Below, in pieces: positions 39,538-49,836 of a stretch of 53,473 bases of DNA. The notes beneath the pieces were generated by a model. That model had not been told where the DNA came from. It searched no databases and was given only the letters and a program-made list of their open reading frames with translations. A program made the position numbers and the translations under genes. This stretch comes from an uncultured Candidatus Peregrinibacteria bacterium (lineage in GTDB: Bacteria > Patescibacteriota > JACMRA01): the NCBI GenBank assembly GCA_937127165.1, contig CAKZLR010000051.1:1-53473 (forward strand). The letters run 5' to 3'. Numbering within the stretch: the first letter of the stretch is position 1; each line of letters starts with the position of its first letter.

Positions 39538-39840
39538 CTAGTTTTGATTTGAACCGGAAAGTCTGTTTCGAATATTATTAACAGCTATAGTTTTTTTGTA
39601 TCTGGAGAGACTGATAGAAGACAGATATCTGAGCAATTTTGCTCTTTTTCCAACTTTTTTCAGCAAACCAACCCTAGAAGAATAGTCTTTTGGATTTTTT
39701 TTGAGGTGATCTGTAAGGTTGTTAATTTCTGCGGTAAGAATAGCAATTTGTACTTCAGGAGAACCTGTATCATCGTCATGAATTTGATTTTTTTGAATTA
39801 TATTGCTTTTGTCGGCTAGAATTTTTTTACTGCTTGACAT
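39538..39840 (-). CDS. rpsO: 30S ribosomal protein S15
   Basis: Motifs DTGSPEVQIAILTAEINNLTDHLKKNPKDYSSRVGLLKKVGKRAKLLRYL. Confidence 0.92.
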   Translation of the reverse strand: MSSSKKILADKSNIIQKNQIHDDDTGSPEVQIAILTAEINNLTDHLKKNPKDYSSRVGLLKKVGKRAKLLRYLSSISLSRYKKTIAVNNIRNRLSGSNQN

Positions 39841-40012
39841 ACTAAAATATTTTAAACGTTTGATGGTTATTATGGGTTATTAGGCAATTTGCTTTAGCAA
39901 AAGCTAAAGCTTGACGAGCTCGTTTGTTGACAAACAAACCAAACTTGTGTTATTTTGTCAATAACAATATTAGCTTGGTTAGGATTGAGTCAATCTTTTT
40001 TATTTTATATCT

Positions 40013-41500
40013 ATGTTTTACATCACAACTCCCATTCCTTATACTAATGCAAAACCTCACCTAGGACATCTTTTGGAAGCGGTTTTTAACGATACAATCG
40101 CTCGTTTTTACCGTAGACTTTATCCTCAAACTATTTTATCAATGGGGCTTGATCAACACGGAATCAAAATTTATCAAAAGGCTTTAGAACAAAATCAAGA
40201 TCCAGTAGATTATGCAGTTGAACAAGGTAAAACTTTTAAAAATCTTTGGAGTCAATTTAACATATCATATGACAGATTTGTTGAGACTACTTCAATTCAC
40301 CATAAGTTAGTTGCCAAAATAGCCTGGTCAAAGCTAGCTCAGAAAGGTTTTATTTATAAAAAAAGTTACGAAGGTTTGTATTGCATTGGGGATGAGTCTT
40401 TTGTAACCGAAAAGGATTTAATTGATGGCTGTTGTCCGAACCATCCAGGACAAAAGCCGATTTTAATGAAGGAAGAAAACTACTTTTTTACTTTATCTAA
40501 ATTTAGTAATCAAATCCGAGATTTTTTAAAAAAAGCTGATATTCAACCTGTATATGTGTCTAAAGAATTTCTTAATTTTGTTGACGAAGGCTTGCAAGAT
40601 ATTTCTATTTCTAGAGACAAAACGAAAATGCCTCACGGAATAGATATTCCCGGTGATGATTCTCAAGTGATGTATGTGTGGTTTGACGCTTTACTAAATT
40701 ATTTAACTGCTGTTGCAGAACCTTCGACTTTGGATAGTTTATCATTAAACCCAGACAACCAATCACTTCAAGAAGCTGTGTGGACTCAAATATCTGAGTC
40801 TTTACCAATCGATTTAATGTATTTAGGTAAAGATATTGCTAAGTTCCATTTAGTTGTTTGGATAGGGATGTTGGTTGGTTTAGAGTTAGAACTGCCGAAG
40901 CGGGCTTTGGTACACGGATTTATTAACGATTCTCAAGGTCGTAAGTTTAGTAAATCCTTGGGTAATGGGGTAATGCCAGAAGAATTAGTAGAAAAATTTG
41001 GAGTTGATGGTACTCGGTTTATTTTATTGTTTGAGGTAAATGTGGATGGTGACACTAATTTTGATTGGTATAAAGTCACAAGTTCTTACAATGCTCATCT
41101 AGCCGACAATTTAGGAAATTTGGTTATGAGAGTGACAACTTTAGTAGAAAAGCTATTTAAAGGATATGTTGATTTTGACGAATTAGACAGTCCTTTTGAT
41201 TTTTCAGAAGTTTATAAAAAATTAGACAAACTCAATACTCGAGAGGCTTTAGAGATTATCTTAAAAGGTTGCAGTTGGGGTAATGAGCTATTAGAAAAGG
41301 AAAAACCTTGGCAGTTGGCTAAAGCAGGAAAAATAGAGGAAGCTAAAGAAATTTTAACCAAATTATGCAAGCTCTTGTGCGATATAAGCGAAATTTTAAG
41401 CATCTTTATGCCAGAAACAGGGGATAAAATTCGTACAATTATTACCAATACTCCCATCACTAAAGCTACTCCTTTATTTCCTAAAGTAGATGTGGTTTAA
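40013..41500 (+). CDS. metG: Methionine--tRNA ligase (short form, no C-terminal tRNA-binding domain)
   Basis: TTPIPYTNAKPHLGHLLEAV (HIGH region) and KFSKSLGN (KMSKS). 495 aa. Confidence 0.95.
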   Translation: MFYITTPIPYTNAKPHLGHLLEAVFNDTIARFYRRLYPQTILSMGLDQHGIKIYQKALEQNQDPVDYAVEQGKTFKNLWSQFNISYDRFVETTSIHHKLVAKIAWSKLAQKGFIYKKSYEGLYCIGDESFVTEKDLIDGCCPNHPGQKPILMKEENYFFTLSKFSNQIRDFLKKADIQPVYVSKEFLNFVDEGLQDISISRDKTKMPHGIDIPGDDSQVMYVWFDALLNYLTAVAEPSTLDSLSLNPDNQSLQEAVWTQISESLPIDLMYLGKDIAKFHLVVWIGMLVGLELELPKRALVHGFINDSQGRKFSKSLGNGVMPEELVEKFGVDGTRFILLFEVNVDGDTNFDWYKVTSSYNAHLADNLGNLVMRVTTLVEKLFKGYVDFDELDSPFDFSEVYKKLDKLNTREALEIILKGCSWGNELLEKEKPWQLAKAGKIEEAKEILTKLCKLLCDISEILSIFMPETGDKIRTIITNTPITKATPLFPKVDVV

Positions 41501-42518
41501 GTAAAAAGAATAAGCAAACTGTTCACAGAACTACAAGTCTTTTTGGGAAAATCAGACGTTCTTCTACTGTATGAACCTAAATGGGATATTCAGGTATTTG
41601 AAATTGATTTTATTAACAGTGATTTCGGTAATTGTGATTTTTATAAAAGAACTCTGGTTGATGTTTGTGGTTTTTACCACATCTTATTTTATAGTTTTGC
41701 TACGTAAAAAGATCAACAATTCTGGCTTAGATTGAAAATAATAGTATTCATTTTTAGATTAGTTTTTAGTTTTAACTTGCTTTTTTGTATTGTTTGGAAT
41801 TTTGAGATAGGTGTGGAGTATGCCAACATTGTCTGCTTTTAAAATAGCTACTCTAAGCTCGTTGTTGTTCTTATTTAATATCTTTATCTTAATTTCGGAA
41901 TTAAAAAATTTTTAGTTTTTTATCTAATTCATTAAAGATTAATTGTAATCCTAGCCCTAGGCTTGCTTCCAACTATAGTGAGTTAATTTAATAAAATCCA
42001 AATTATCCAAAATCCAGAGGATACAAACCCTTTAAGATTAAATTTATTAGAACTTTTATTCCCCGTTGTAATAGCTTTAATTGACAGATCTTTCGCTAGA
42101 GTAGAACAAATAACCATTATAATCCAACAAAGAAAAGGTATCTATAAAAATTTGGGCACTTACTGAAGAACCGTTAGTCTTAGATTAAACAGAAAACCAA
42201 GCAAATAATCCTTTTATTTCTGCTTTACTTGGATTAGGTAGATAACTGAGCAATTTGATTGGATATTGTTTTTGTATAAATTCACTGTTTGTAGTGTTAT
42301 TGATTCTCGTTTAGATGCCGTTAGTTAAGCATTAAACACTGATAGGTTTAGAAAAAACATCTGGGTCATTTTTTCACTCGCAACTCCAGAACTTTTTAAA
42401 TACACAAAAAGCCTACTAAAAAAAATCACTGTCTTTAGTCGATTTTTACATTTTTACTTTCCCATAATACTAACAACGAACTAGAAATAAATTCTAAAAT
42501 TTTTGTGATTTAGTAGTT

Positions 42519-43814
42519 TTATTTAGTCCAGTCTTGAAATTGCATCTGTACTTGATAGGCATATAAACCTCCAATTTTATCGTTAGAGTCTTTTGGTTTT
42601 GCCATAAAATTCATGGAATACAAGATTCCATTTCTAGTGAAAACTACAGAGTAGGCATGCTCCAAATTTTTATTTCTAGACATCTGTAAGTCTCGAATAG
42701 AATTATCGGCTATAAACCATCCAGTTTTTTCAAACAATTCTTCAGGACTGACCATGTTTTTACCTGTTAGGCTGGCTCTGAACGATTCGCTCATCTGGGA
42801 AATATTAAAACATTGTACAAAAACCGTATAACCTTCACCAAACTTTTCGGTTGGGGTTTTGTAACCAGTGAAAGCATAAAAATTCCAAAATGGTCTAGCG
42901 GATTTAGCTGGTTGTATTCTGTCAAAATCTACCATCGCATTATTAGCAGTTCTAAGTGGATATTTTACATTCAAGTTACATTCGTTGATCTCTAAAACTC
43001 TACTATTATCATCACCAACAAATTTAATTTTTGGGTTTAAGTTAGAGAAAATATTCTTTGGATAAACTGAGGAAGAGGTTGAATTGTTTGCTTCATCCGA
43101 CTGCAAATTGGTCGTATACAGCTGACCATTCCACTCAAACACAGCATTCGGACCTAATTGACTGCGAGCTATAGCGAAAGCCTCAGCAAAACTTACCCCG
43201 TTTATGGGGTTATTTGGATTAAGATTGATTGCTCCACTGTTTTGAGTATCATTGTTTCGGTTTGACAAAGTATTTTCTTGGTTATTCTCTTTTTTAAAGA
43301 AATTTCCGCTTTCAGGTTCGTATACAAAAATTTCGTTTGACCGATTTTGTGAATTTCCTAACTTATCCTGATTATTGTTATTAGAATTTTCCCATGATTG
43401 ACCCTCTCCTATACCGGCAACTTGCCGTTTATCCGTTTCGTTGGATTGATTTAGTAAATATATTATAGGAAGGCCAATTAAGCCTACAATTATAGTACCC
43501 AAAATGACAGCATAGACTAACCTACCAACCAGAGAAGCAGATTCTTCTGCAGTATCATATCCTTCAATTTTGTTTGTTTGATTAGCCACAGATTTTTGGT
43601 TTGGTTCGTATTCAGTTTTATAAAAAAACTTTTTATCATCTAAACATTGAGATAAATTTGAACCAAAATTTTGGTCATTGTTATGTACTTGGGGATTATA
43701 AAACTGGGTTTGAGTGTTTTGAGAGTCGTGAGATTCTGGTTGAAAGTCAAAATCATATGGGTTCTTTTTTAAATTTGTATTGTTGTTTTGGTGTAGTTGG
43801 TCATTTTGTGTCAT
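42519..43814 (-). CDS. Hypothetical membrane-anchored protein with a Q/N-rich disordered N-terminus and an extracytoplasmic C-terminal domain
   Basis: 431 aa with low-complexity N/Q-rich stretches and a single TM (LVYAVILGTIIVGLIGLPIIYLL). It contains the conserved-looking segment SFAEAFAIARSQLGPNAVFEWNGQLYTTN. Confidence 0.6.
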   Translation of the reverse strand: MTQNDQLHQNNNTNLKKNPYDFDFQPESHDSQNTQTQFYNPQVHNNDQNFGSNLSQCLDDKKFFYKTEYEPNQKSVANQTNKIEGYDTAEESASLVGRLVYAVILGTIIVGLIGLPIIYLLNQSNETDKRQVAGIGEGQSWENSNNNNQDKLGNSQNRSNEIFVYEPESGNFFKKENNQENTLSNRNNDTQNSGAINLNPNNPINGVSFAEAFAIARSQLGPNAVFEWNGQLYTTNLQSDEANNSTSSSVYPKNIFSNLNPKIKFVGDDNSRVLEINECNLNVKYPLRTANNAMVDFDRIQPAKSARPFWNFYAFTGYKTPTEKFGEGYTVFVQCFNISQMSESFRASLTGKNMVSPEELFEKTGWFIADNSIRDLQMSRNKNLEHAYSVVFTRNGILYSMNFMAKPKDSNDKIGGLYAYQVQMQFQDWTK

Positions 43815-44593
43815 AGACGATTTATGAAAAAAAATACAGTTTAGTGCTTATACTTTACTTATACTTTATTATTTAAGATAGTCAAGTAAGGAATTCTATT
43901 TGTTTGGGAGTCTGTATAGGGTAGTTATACAAGACACTATCACTTTCAAATATATTTTAAAACACAGTGATATTAGTATTATAAATTTTTATCTTAAACT
44001 AAAATTAACTGGATGTTTGATATGTTGATATGTATTTATCAGTGTTATTTATCAGAGTAAAATAGTAATTACGTAAAAAGTTTGTGCATCAAATAGCTAC
44101 GGGTATCTTGAAGTAAGTAAAAATCGTGTTTACTTTTTAAAAAGGAGTTAAAACAAAGTTACTATTCATACTCTCTAAATATTTTACGTTTGTAGTACGT
44201 TTGTGGTGCTGAGAATTCTTCCGAAGTCTTTCAAGCAACATTCTTTTGGTAAGAGGGAATTCACACTCCGTCAGTTTTTGGTTAATATCTTTTTAGTAAG
44301 TAAATGAGTTTTTCTGATCGGTAAACCTACTAAAAATATTGGCATTTTGGTTCAAAATTTCATTTTTACTTTTTTTAAAAAAAATACTTTGGAAAGACTA
44401 ATCATAAGTCTAATAAAAACTAATGTTGTTTGGTTCTGCATAATACAAAAACTTTCTTGAATAGAACCACCAATTAAGTGTATTTTTACACTCAATTTTC
44501 TAAAATTTAGGTAGAGGATTATAGCAACTTGACAAAAGTAAAAATGTAATTCTTCAACTCGGAAGAATTAATATTTAATTTTTTTTAAAAACT

Positions 44594-45001
44594 ATGACAG
44601 AAGCTAACAACGCTAACGGTTCTCAAAATGCTGACACTATAACAAATACACAAAACACTAGTCAAAATCCTACTGAGTCGCTTAAAGTAGAGGTTCAATC
44701 TAGCTCAAGTAACGATAAGCTTATTGCTGCTTTGGGGTATTTAATTTTTTTCTTGCCCTTGGTTATTGAACCAAAAAGCGATTTTAAAACTTTTCATGCT
44801 AATCAATCCCTTTTACTTTTAATATTTGTTGTTGCAGGTAATATAATAGGTGTGATGCTTACGTTTATTTTAATTGGGGTTTTGATTGTACCACTAGTGA
44901 ATTTGTTTGGATTTGTTTTGTTTATACTAGGTATTGTCAATGCTTTTAATGGTGAAAAAAAGAGGCTTCCACTAATTGGACAATTTGATCTGCTAAAATA
45001 G
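44594..45001 (+). CDS. DUF4870-like small membrane protein
   Basis: Polar N-terminus, then LIAALGYLIFFLPLV....FHANQSLLLLIF, and further TMs. This layout is typical of the DUF4870 family. Confidence 0.65.
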   Translation: MTEANNANGSQNADTITNTQNTSQNPTESLKVEVQSSSSNDKLIAALGYLIFFLPLVIEPKSDFKTFHANQSLLLLIFVVAGNIIGVMLTFILIGVLIVPLVNLFGFVLFILGIVNAFNGEKKRLPLIGQFDLLK

Positions 45002-45434
45002 TTTAATCATCATTCGGATTTTCTTTGACTTGTGTTTCAAGCATGTGCGTGGCTGGTAGTCGGTCTAGTGTTTGGTTTTGGTGTTTTCTGGTTAGATTTA
45101 TTGAAAAAATTCAGATGTATAGGTCAGACTAAAAAATATTTAATCGAGAAATATGGGAATAGAGAGGGATTTTGCTATTCGGAAAGTGCCTCGATAAGAT
45201 GACTGGTTTGAGGGGAACTTAATTAGAAATTGTAGATGCAGTTTTTTCAGAAGGATAACCTCTTTGTTCATAAGTGTTTATTTACTCACATGACGGAATA
45301 AAAATTATTGTTCTATAAGTTTTGGATTTTGTAACTTATCTAAAATTTGTCACAAACTTTCTCAGCTTGACCGTGAGAGTATTTTGCGACAAAAGAAAAG
45401 GTTTCTTCAAAAGCTTAGTCTAAACTTTATATTT

Positions 45435-46406
45435 ATGGATAATAGTACTAAGAAATTGAAAAAAATTCACCTAAGACCAAAGACCATAGAAGTTCTAGAA
45501 AAATTAACTGGACTTAAAATTTATACAAAGAATGTTTGGAATATAGACAAAATGGAGTTAGGCAATCTGCTACAGCAGGGTAGAATAAATGCTTTAATGT
45601 ATCTGCAAAGATACCAGCAAGGACAAAAACTAAGTATTTTTGAAGAACAAAATTTGTTTAAAGCCCTTGTAGAGATTCAGCAGAAATTATCTTTAAACCA
45701 AATTCCGATACATATTGAATGTTATGATGTTTCCCATTTTGGTGGCAAATATGTCTATGGTTCAATGGTCGTATTTATTGAAGGTCGAAGTGTCAAAAAG
45801 CTTTATAGATTGTTTAAAACAGCTGAAAAGAACGATGATTTTGCTAATTTGCGGGAAGTTCTTCTAAGAAGATTTAAAAAATGGGAAGAAAATCAACACC
45901 AACCGCCTACAATTAAATTGAATTTATCTACCAAACCTATTCTAAAAAAACCTTGGGAACTACCAAATTTAATTATTATCGATGGTGGGAAAGGTCAGTT
46001 ATCGTCTGCTAATCAAGTGTTGCAAGAATTTAAGCAGAAATATTCTAGTATTACTACCCAGATTTGCGCACTGGCTAAAGGAAAAGAAGAGATATTTTTG
46101 CTAGACAAAGACGAGTCAGTTTTGTTTGAAGGACAGGCTAAGTTTTTATTACAAAGAATTAGAGATGAAGCTCATCGTTTTGGTATCACTAACAGTCGCA
46201 AAGCTATAGTTCGCCAGTCGTCTAAATCCAGTTTAGATTCAATCAAAGGAATTGGAAAGGTAACTAAAAATAAATTGTTAACTATTTTTGGATCCATAGA
46301 AAACTTGATTAATCATTATTATTTTGATCCCCAAACTTTACAGCAAATCTTAACCAAGACTCAATTTAAAAATCTTGAGAGTTGGATTAGAAACGGGGAA
46401 ATTTAA
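45435..46406 (+). CDS. uvrC: UvrC-like protein consisting only of the C-terminal half (RNase-H-like 5'-incision domain plus HhH); the GIY-YIG and UvrB-binding regions are absent
   Basis: Motifs IECYDVSHFGG, NDDFANLREVLLRRFKK, PNLIIIDGGKGQL, LLQRIRDEAHRFGITNSRK, LDSIKGIGKVTKNKLL. Nothing resembling a GIY-YIG module lies in the ORF or the 380 nt upstream. An alternative TTG start is at 45384. Confidence 0.8.
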   Translation: MDNSTKKLKKIHLRPKTIEVLEKLTGLKIYTKNVWNIDKMELGNLLQQGRINALMYLQRYQQGQKLSIFEEQNLFKALVEIQQKLSLNQIPIHIECYDVSHFGGKYVYGSMVVFIEGRSVKKLYRLFKTAEKNDDFANLREVLLRRFKKWEENQHQPPTIKLNLSTKPILKKPWELPNLIIIDGGKGQLSSANQVLQEFKQKYSSITTQICALAKGKEEIFLLDKDESVLFEGQAKFLLQRIRDEAHRFGITNSRKAIVRQSSKSSLDSIKGIGKVTKNKLLTIFGSIENLINHYYFDPQTLQQILTKTQFKNLESWIRNGEI

Positions 46407-46681
46407 GATATCTAAAATTTTCCATTTTTACATTAACTAAACCTCCTTCAAACTTAACTAAGAGATAACTTTACTATTTTGTCTGATGTTAATTAAAAAT
46501 TGTTCTAGTTATCTTTCTAGATTATTAAATAATTAGTTTTGTTTTTTAATTTTTATAAATTTGTCTCTATAAATACTTCTCAAACTTTAGATTTCAAAAT
46601 TTGTATTTAAAACACCAAAAATAAGAGACTCTTGTTTATATTTAAAGAATCTTTGTAAAATCTAATCACAAGACAGTAAAA

Positions 46682-47971
46682 CTATCGTGTTAAAACTTCT
46701 ATCCCTGTTGTGGTGGCTATCAAATCATCTTCAATTCTTACACCAATTCCTCGGAACTCTAACGGAATGTCTGGATCATCAACTCCAAAATACAAACCAG
46801 GTTCAACTGTGAAAACCATATTTGGTTGCAAGTTCATTTTCAAGGTGTTGTCCGATCGCATATCATGTACATCTAAACCCAAAAAATGACTAACTTTATG
46901 TGGATAATACTTTTTGTATATCTTATCTTGCTTAATCTGTTCAACTGACTGTTTTAAAATTCCTAAATTGTGCAAACTTTGGCATATCAAGTCAATAGTT
47001 AGCAGTTGTAAATCCCATAAAGAAAAATTCTTTTTTAACCAGCTGTCTTGGCAATAGGTAATTATTTTATTTTGAACTTGTTGGACTTCATACCAAACAG
47101 CTTGCTGAGCTTTAGATGGAGTACCTACCCAAAAAGTTCTGGTTATATCACTAGCATAGCCTTGATATTCACAGCCAGCATCAATCAGTAAGAGATTGTT
47201 TTTGTCTATTAGACTAGTATTATTGGTATAATGTAAAATTGTGGAATTTACTCCACTAGCGACAATTGGCCAAAAAGACCAAGTGCAACCATGTTGACCG
47301 TAAAAATAATTTAAAAAAGACTCTAACTGATATTCGTACAATAATTCTCGGGGTTCAAAATTCTCAAAAGCTGGTTTATCATATACATAATTCTGGATTA
47401 TTCGTTCTAGCTCCTTAAAAGCTAGTTTATTTATCTTACAAGCATTGCGAATAGCAGAGATTTCCTCATTATCTTTAATGAGTCTTAGAGAGGCTATAAG
47501 TTCAAATGGACTTTGAAGTCTGCCGTTAAATAATTTCTGAACTAAAAACCAGCAAGTGTAGATCTCTTTTAAACTAAGTTCAAAAAAGACATTGTCAACT
47601 CTTTGGTGAGTTTGGAGATAATTTTCTAACTCATCTATACTATCTACAAACTCTACTTGTGAAATTTTTTTAGCTTCACTCGGGCTTAAAGTTGGTCCAG
47701 TCCATAAACTAGTTTCAGGGTTTGATCTTACCAAAAAGAGTCTTTCCTCAACTTGACCGTTTTTTGATTTGAATAAAACCAAAACATTGTCCGGTTCGTT
47801 GATTTGGGTAAAGTACCAGAAATTACTGTCTTGTCTGAATTTAAATTCTACATCTGGATTGCGAACTATGGTTTTAGCCGCTGGCAATATTGCTAAACTG
47901 TCGTTGGGTAATAATTCTAAAAGTTTTTGCCTTCTTTGTTTTGCTAAAATTGAATGTTTTATTTTTTGCAT
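46682..47971 (-). CDS. pepP: Xaa-Pro aminopeptidase (M24B)
   Basis: Motifs ILHYTNN, LLLIDAGCEYQGYASDITRTF, HFLGLDVHD, VFTVEPGLY, GIGVRIEDD. Confidence 0.9.
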   Translation of the reverse strand: MQKIKHSILAKQRRQKLLELLPNDSLAILPAAKTIVRNPDVEFKFRQDSNFWYFTQINEPDNVLVLFKSKNGQVEERLFLVRSNPETSLWTGPTLSPSEAKKISQVEFVDSIDELENYLQTHQRVDNVFFELSLKEIYTCWFLVQKLFNGRLQSPFELIASLRLIKDNEEISAIRNACKINKLAFKELERIIQNYVYDKPAFENFEPRELLYEYQLESFLNYFYGQHGCTWSFWPIVASGVNSTILHYTNNTSLIDKNNLLLIDAGCEYQGYASDITRTFWVGTPSKAQQAVWYEVQQVQNKIITYCQDSWLKKNFSLWDLQLLTIDLICQSLHNLGILKQSVEQIKQDKIYKKYYPHKVSHFLGLDVHDMRSDNTLKMNLQPNMVFTVEPGLYFGVDDPDIPLEFRGIGVRIEDDLIATTTGIEVLTR

Positions 47972-48086
47972 TTTTCGGTAAAAAAGTTTGCTTCTCTTTC
48001 TTAAAAAGATTCAAAGCCTGAGACTAGTTTCCATGTTTTTAGTATTACTTTAGTTCAGCTACCATTCAATGAATTCTAAATAAAAA

Positions 48087-48632
48087 CTAGAATTTCATTA
48101 ACTCTTCTTCTTTACGTTTGGCCATTTCTTCAAGCTCTTTGTTGAGATTGTCGACTTCAGTTTGAAGATTTTTTTCAAAATTTTTTAGTTCGTCTTCAGA
48201 AATTAAACCGTCATCTTTTTCCTTTTTTTTGTCTTTAAGGGCATCTTGACGATGTTGTCTGAGGCTAATTCTAGCTTCTTCAAGCATTTTGTGTACCTCT
48301 TTGACTCTATTTTTGCGGTTTTCTTCGGTTAAAGGTGGAAAATTTAATCTAATTCCAGCACCATCATTAACCGGATTAACTCCCAAAGTTGAGTCTCGAA
48401 TAGCCTTTTCGATTGCGGTAGTGACAGATTTGTCAAATGGAGTAATAAGTAGTTGACCTGGTTCAGGTACAGAAATTGTGGCTAATTCTTTGATAGACAA
48501 TTTAGTTCCATATGCTTCTACAGAAATGAAATCAATTGTAGCTGGAGTGACTCTACCAGTGTGAATGGTGCTAAGTTTGTGGGCTAGAAAGTCTTTGATT
48601 TTTTGAGCAGGTAAAATGGAATAATTGGGCAT
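48087..48632 (-). CDS. frr: Ribosome recycling factor
   Basis: Motifs LSTIHTGRVTPATIDFISVEAYG, IEKAIRDSTLGVNPVNDGAGIRLNFPPLTEE, and a charged C-terminal helix. Confidence 0.95.
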   Translation of the reverse strand: MPNYSILPAQKIKDFLAHKLSTIHTGRVTPATIDFISVEAYGTKLSIKELATISVPEPGQLLITPFDKSVTTAIEKAIRDSTLGVNPVNDGAGIRLNFPPLTEENRKNRVKEVHKMLEEARISLRQHRQDALKDKKKEKDDGLISEDELKNFEKNLQTEVDNLNKELEEMAKRKEEELMKF

Positions 48633-48765
48633 AAACTATTATGGGCTAAAAAGCCTAAACATTGTTTTTGGTGATGTCAAATATAACTTTTGATCAATAC
48701 CTTACTAACTATAAACTCACAGTTTAGTATAATTTATTTAATTTTAAAGATAAATATTTCAAATT

Positions 48766-49788
48766 TCAAAGTAAACCTTGTGTATCTTCAAAAATATCAT
48801 TTTGAGCTTTTTGTATATGATATTTCTGAGTTGCAGGTATATTTTTGGGGGTATTATGTTTTGCGGCTATAACCTTGCAGATTAATTGAGCTACTTCTAT
48901 ACCTATCCCTTCTATACCTAATCCTGCCAAAAATTTATAGTCTTCTTTTTTTCTAGAATCGTCTATGGATTTTTTAAGATTGTCTACAGATTTTGGTCCA
49001 AAGCCTTCTAACTGAGAAATTTTAGAATAGGGCAGTTTGTAGAGATCTGGAATGTCTTGAATACCATATTCACTGATAAATTTTTGTATGTGCTTATCTG
49101 ATAAACCAACGATATTAGCTATGTCTCTTTGGCAAAAATAACTCAATCTACCAAGTATTTGAGCTGAACAATTTTGTTGATTTGGACAGATTAAATCAAT
49201 CTTCGTAGGGCTGGTAATTAGTTTTGTACCACAAGCCGGGCAAACCTGAGGGGCTAAAAATTCTTTATTAGTTTCGGTATCTATTCTCAAATTTACTAAC
49301 ACATTTGTAATCTCCGGGATAATATCCCCAGCTTTGCGAATAACTACTGTGTCATTTTGTCTTAACCCTTTAACTAAAAATTCTTTGTAATTATGCAGTG
49401 TAGCTCTTTTGATCACGGTACCAGCCAGCAAAACAGGTTCTAATTCTGCCACTGGTGTTAGTTTGCCTGTACGACCGACTTGCCAGGTGATATCTAAACA
49501 TTTTGTAGTTATTTCTTCTGCGGGAAATTTTACGGCACACCAACCTCTGGGGGTTTTGCCAACAACTCCAAGTTGAGCAGCTAAATTATTATCATTGAGT
49601 TTGACGACCACTCCGTCAATATGGTATTTCATACTATCCCTTTTTTTTTCTAAATCTTGAACCCGTTCCCAAACTTCTTCTGCCGAATCAGCAGTCATAA
49701 TTTCGTTGTTTGTATCAAACCCTAATTGTCTCAAAAATTCCAACTCTTCAAGATGACTGGCGAAATTGGATGATTCAAATTTTTCCAT
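48766..49788 (-). CDS. ligA: NAD-dependent DNA ligase LigA fragment (truncated gene, split gene or pseudogene)
   Basis: Present: HIDGVVVKLND (motif IV), RGWCAVKFPAEE (motif V), OB fold WQVGRTGKLTPVAELEPV, Zn finger CPACG...CPNQQNC, and a partial HhH region. Absent: domain Ia, the KxDG adenylation motif and BRCT. Only 48 nt separate its ATG from the upstream gene's stop. Confidence 0.85.
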   Translation of the reverse strand: MEKFESSNFASHLEELEFLRQLGFDTNNEIMTADSAEEVWERVQDLEKKRDSMKYHIDGVVVKLNDNNLAAQLGVVGKTPRGWCAVKFPAEEITTKCLDITWQVGRTGKLTPVAELEPVLLAGTVIKRATLHNYKEFLVKGLRQNDTVVIRKAGDIIPEITNVLVNLRIDTETNKEFLAPQVCPACGTKLITSPTKIDLICPNQQNCSAQILGRLSYFCQRDIANIVGLSDKHIQKFISEYGIQDIPDLYKLPYSKISQLEGFGPKSVDNLKKSIDDSRKKEDYKFLAGLGIEGIGIEVAQLICKVIAAKHNTPKNIPATQKYHIQKAQNDIFEDTQGLL

Positions 49789-49836
49789 ATTTTTTAGAAT
49801 ACTTTATTTTTTTGACTTAACTGTGATTTTTGGTTT

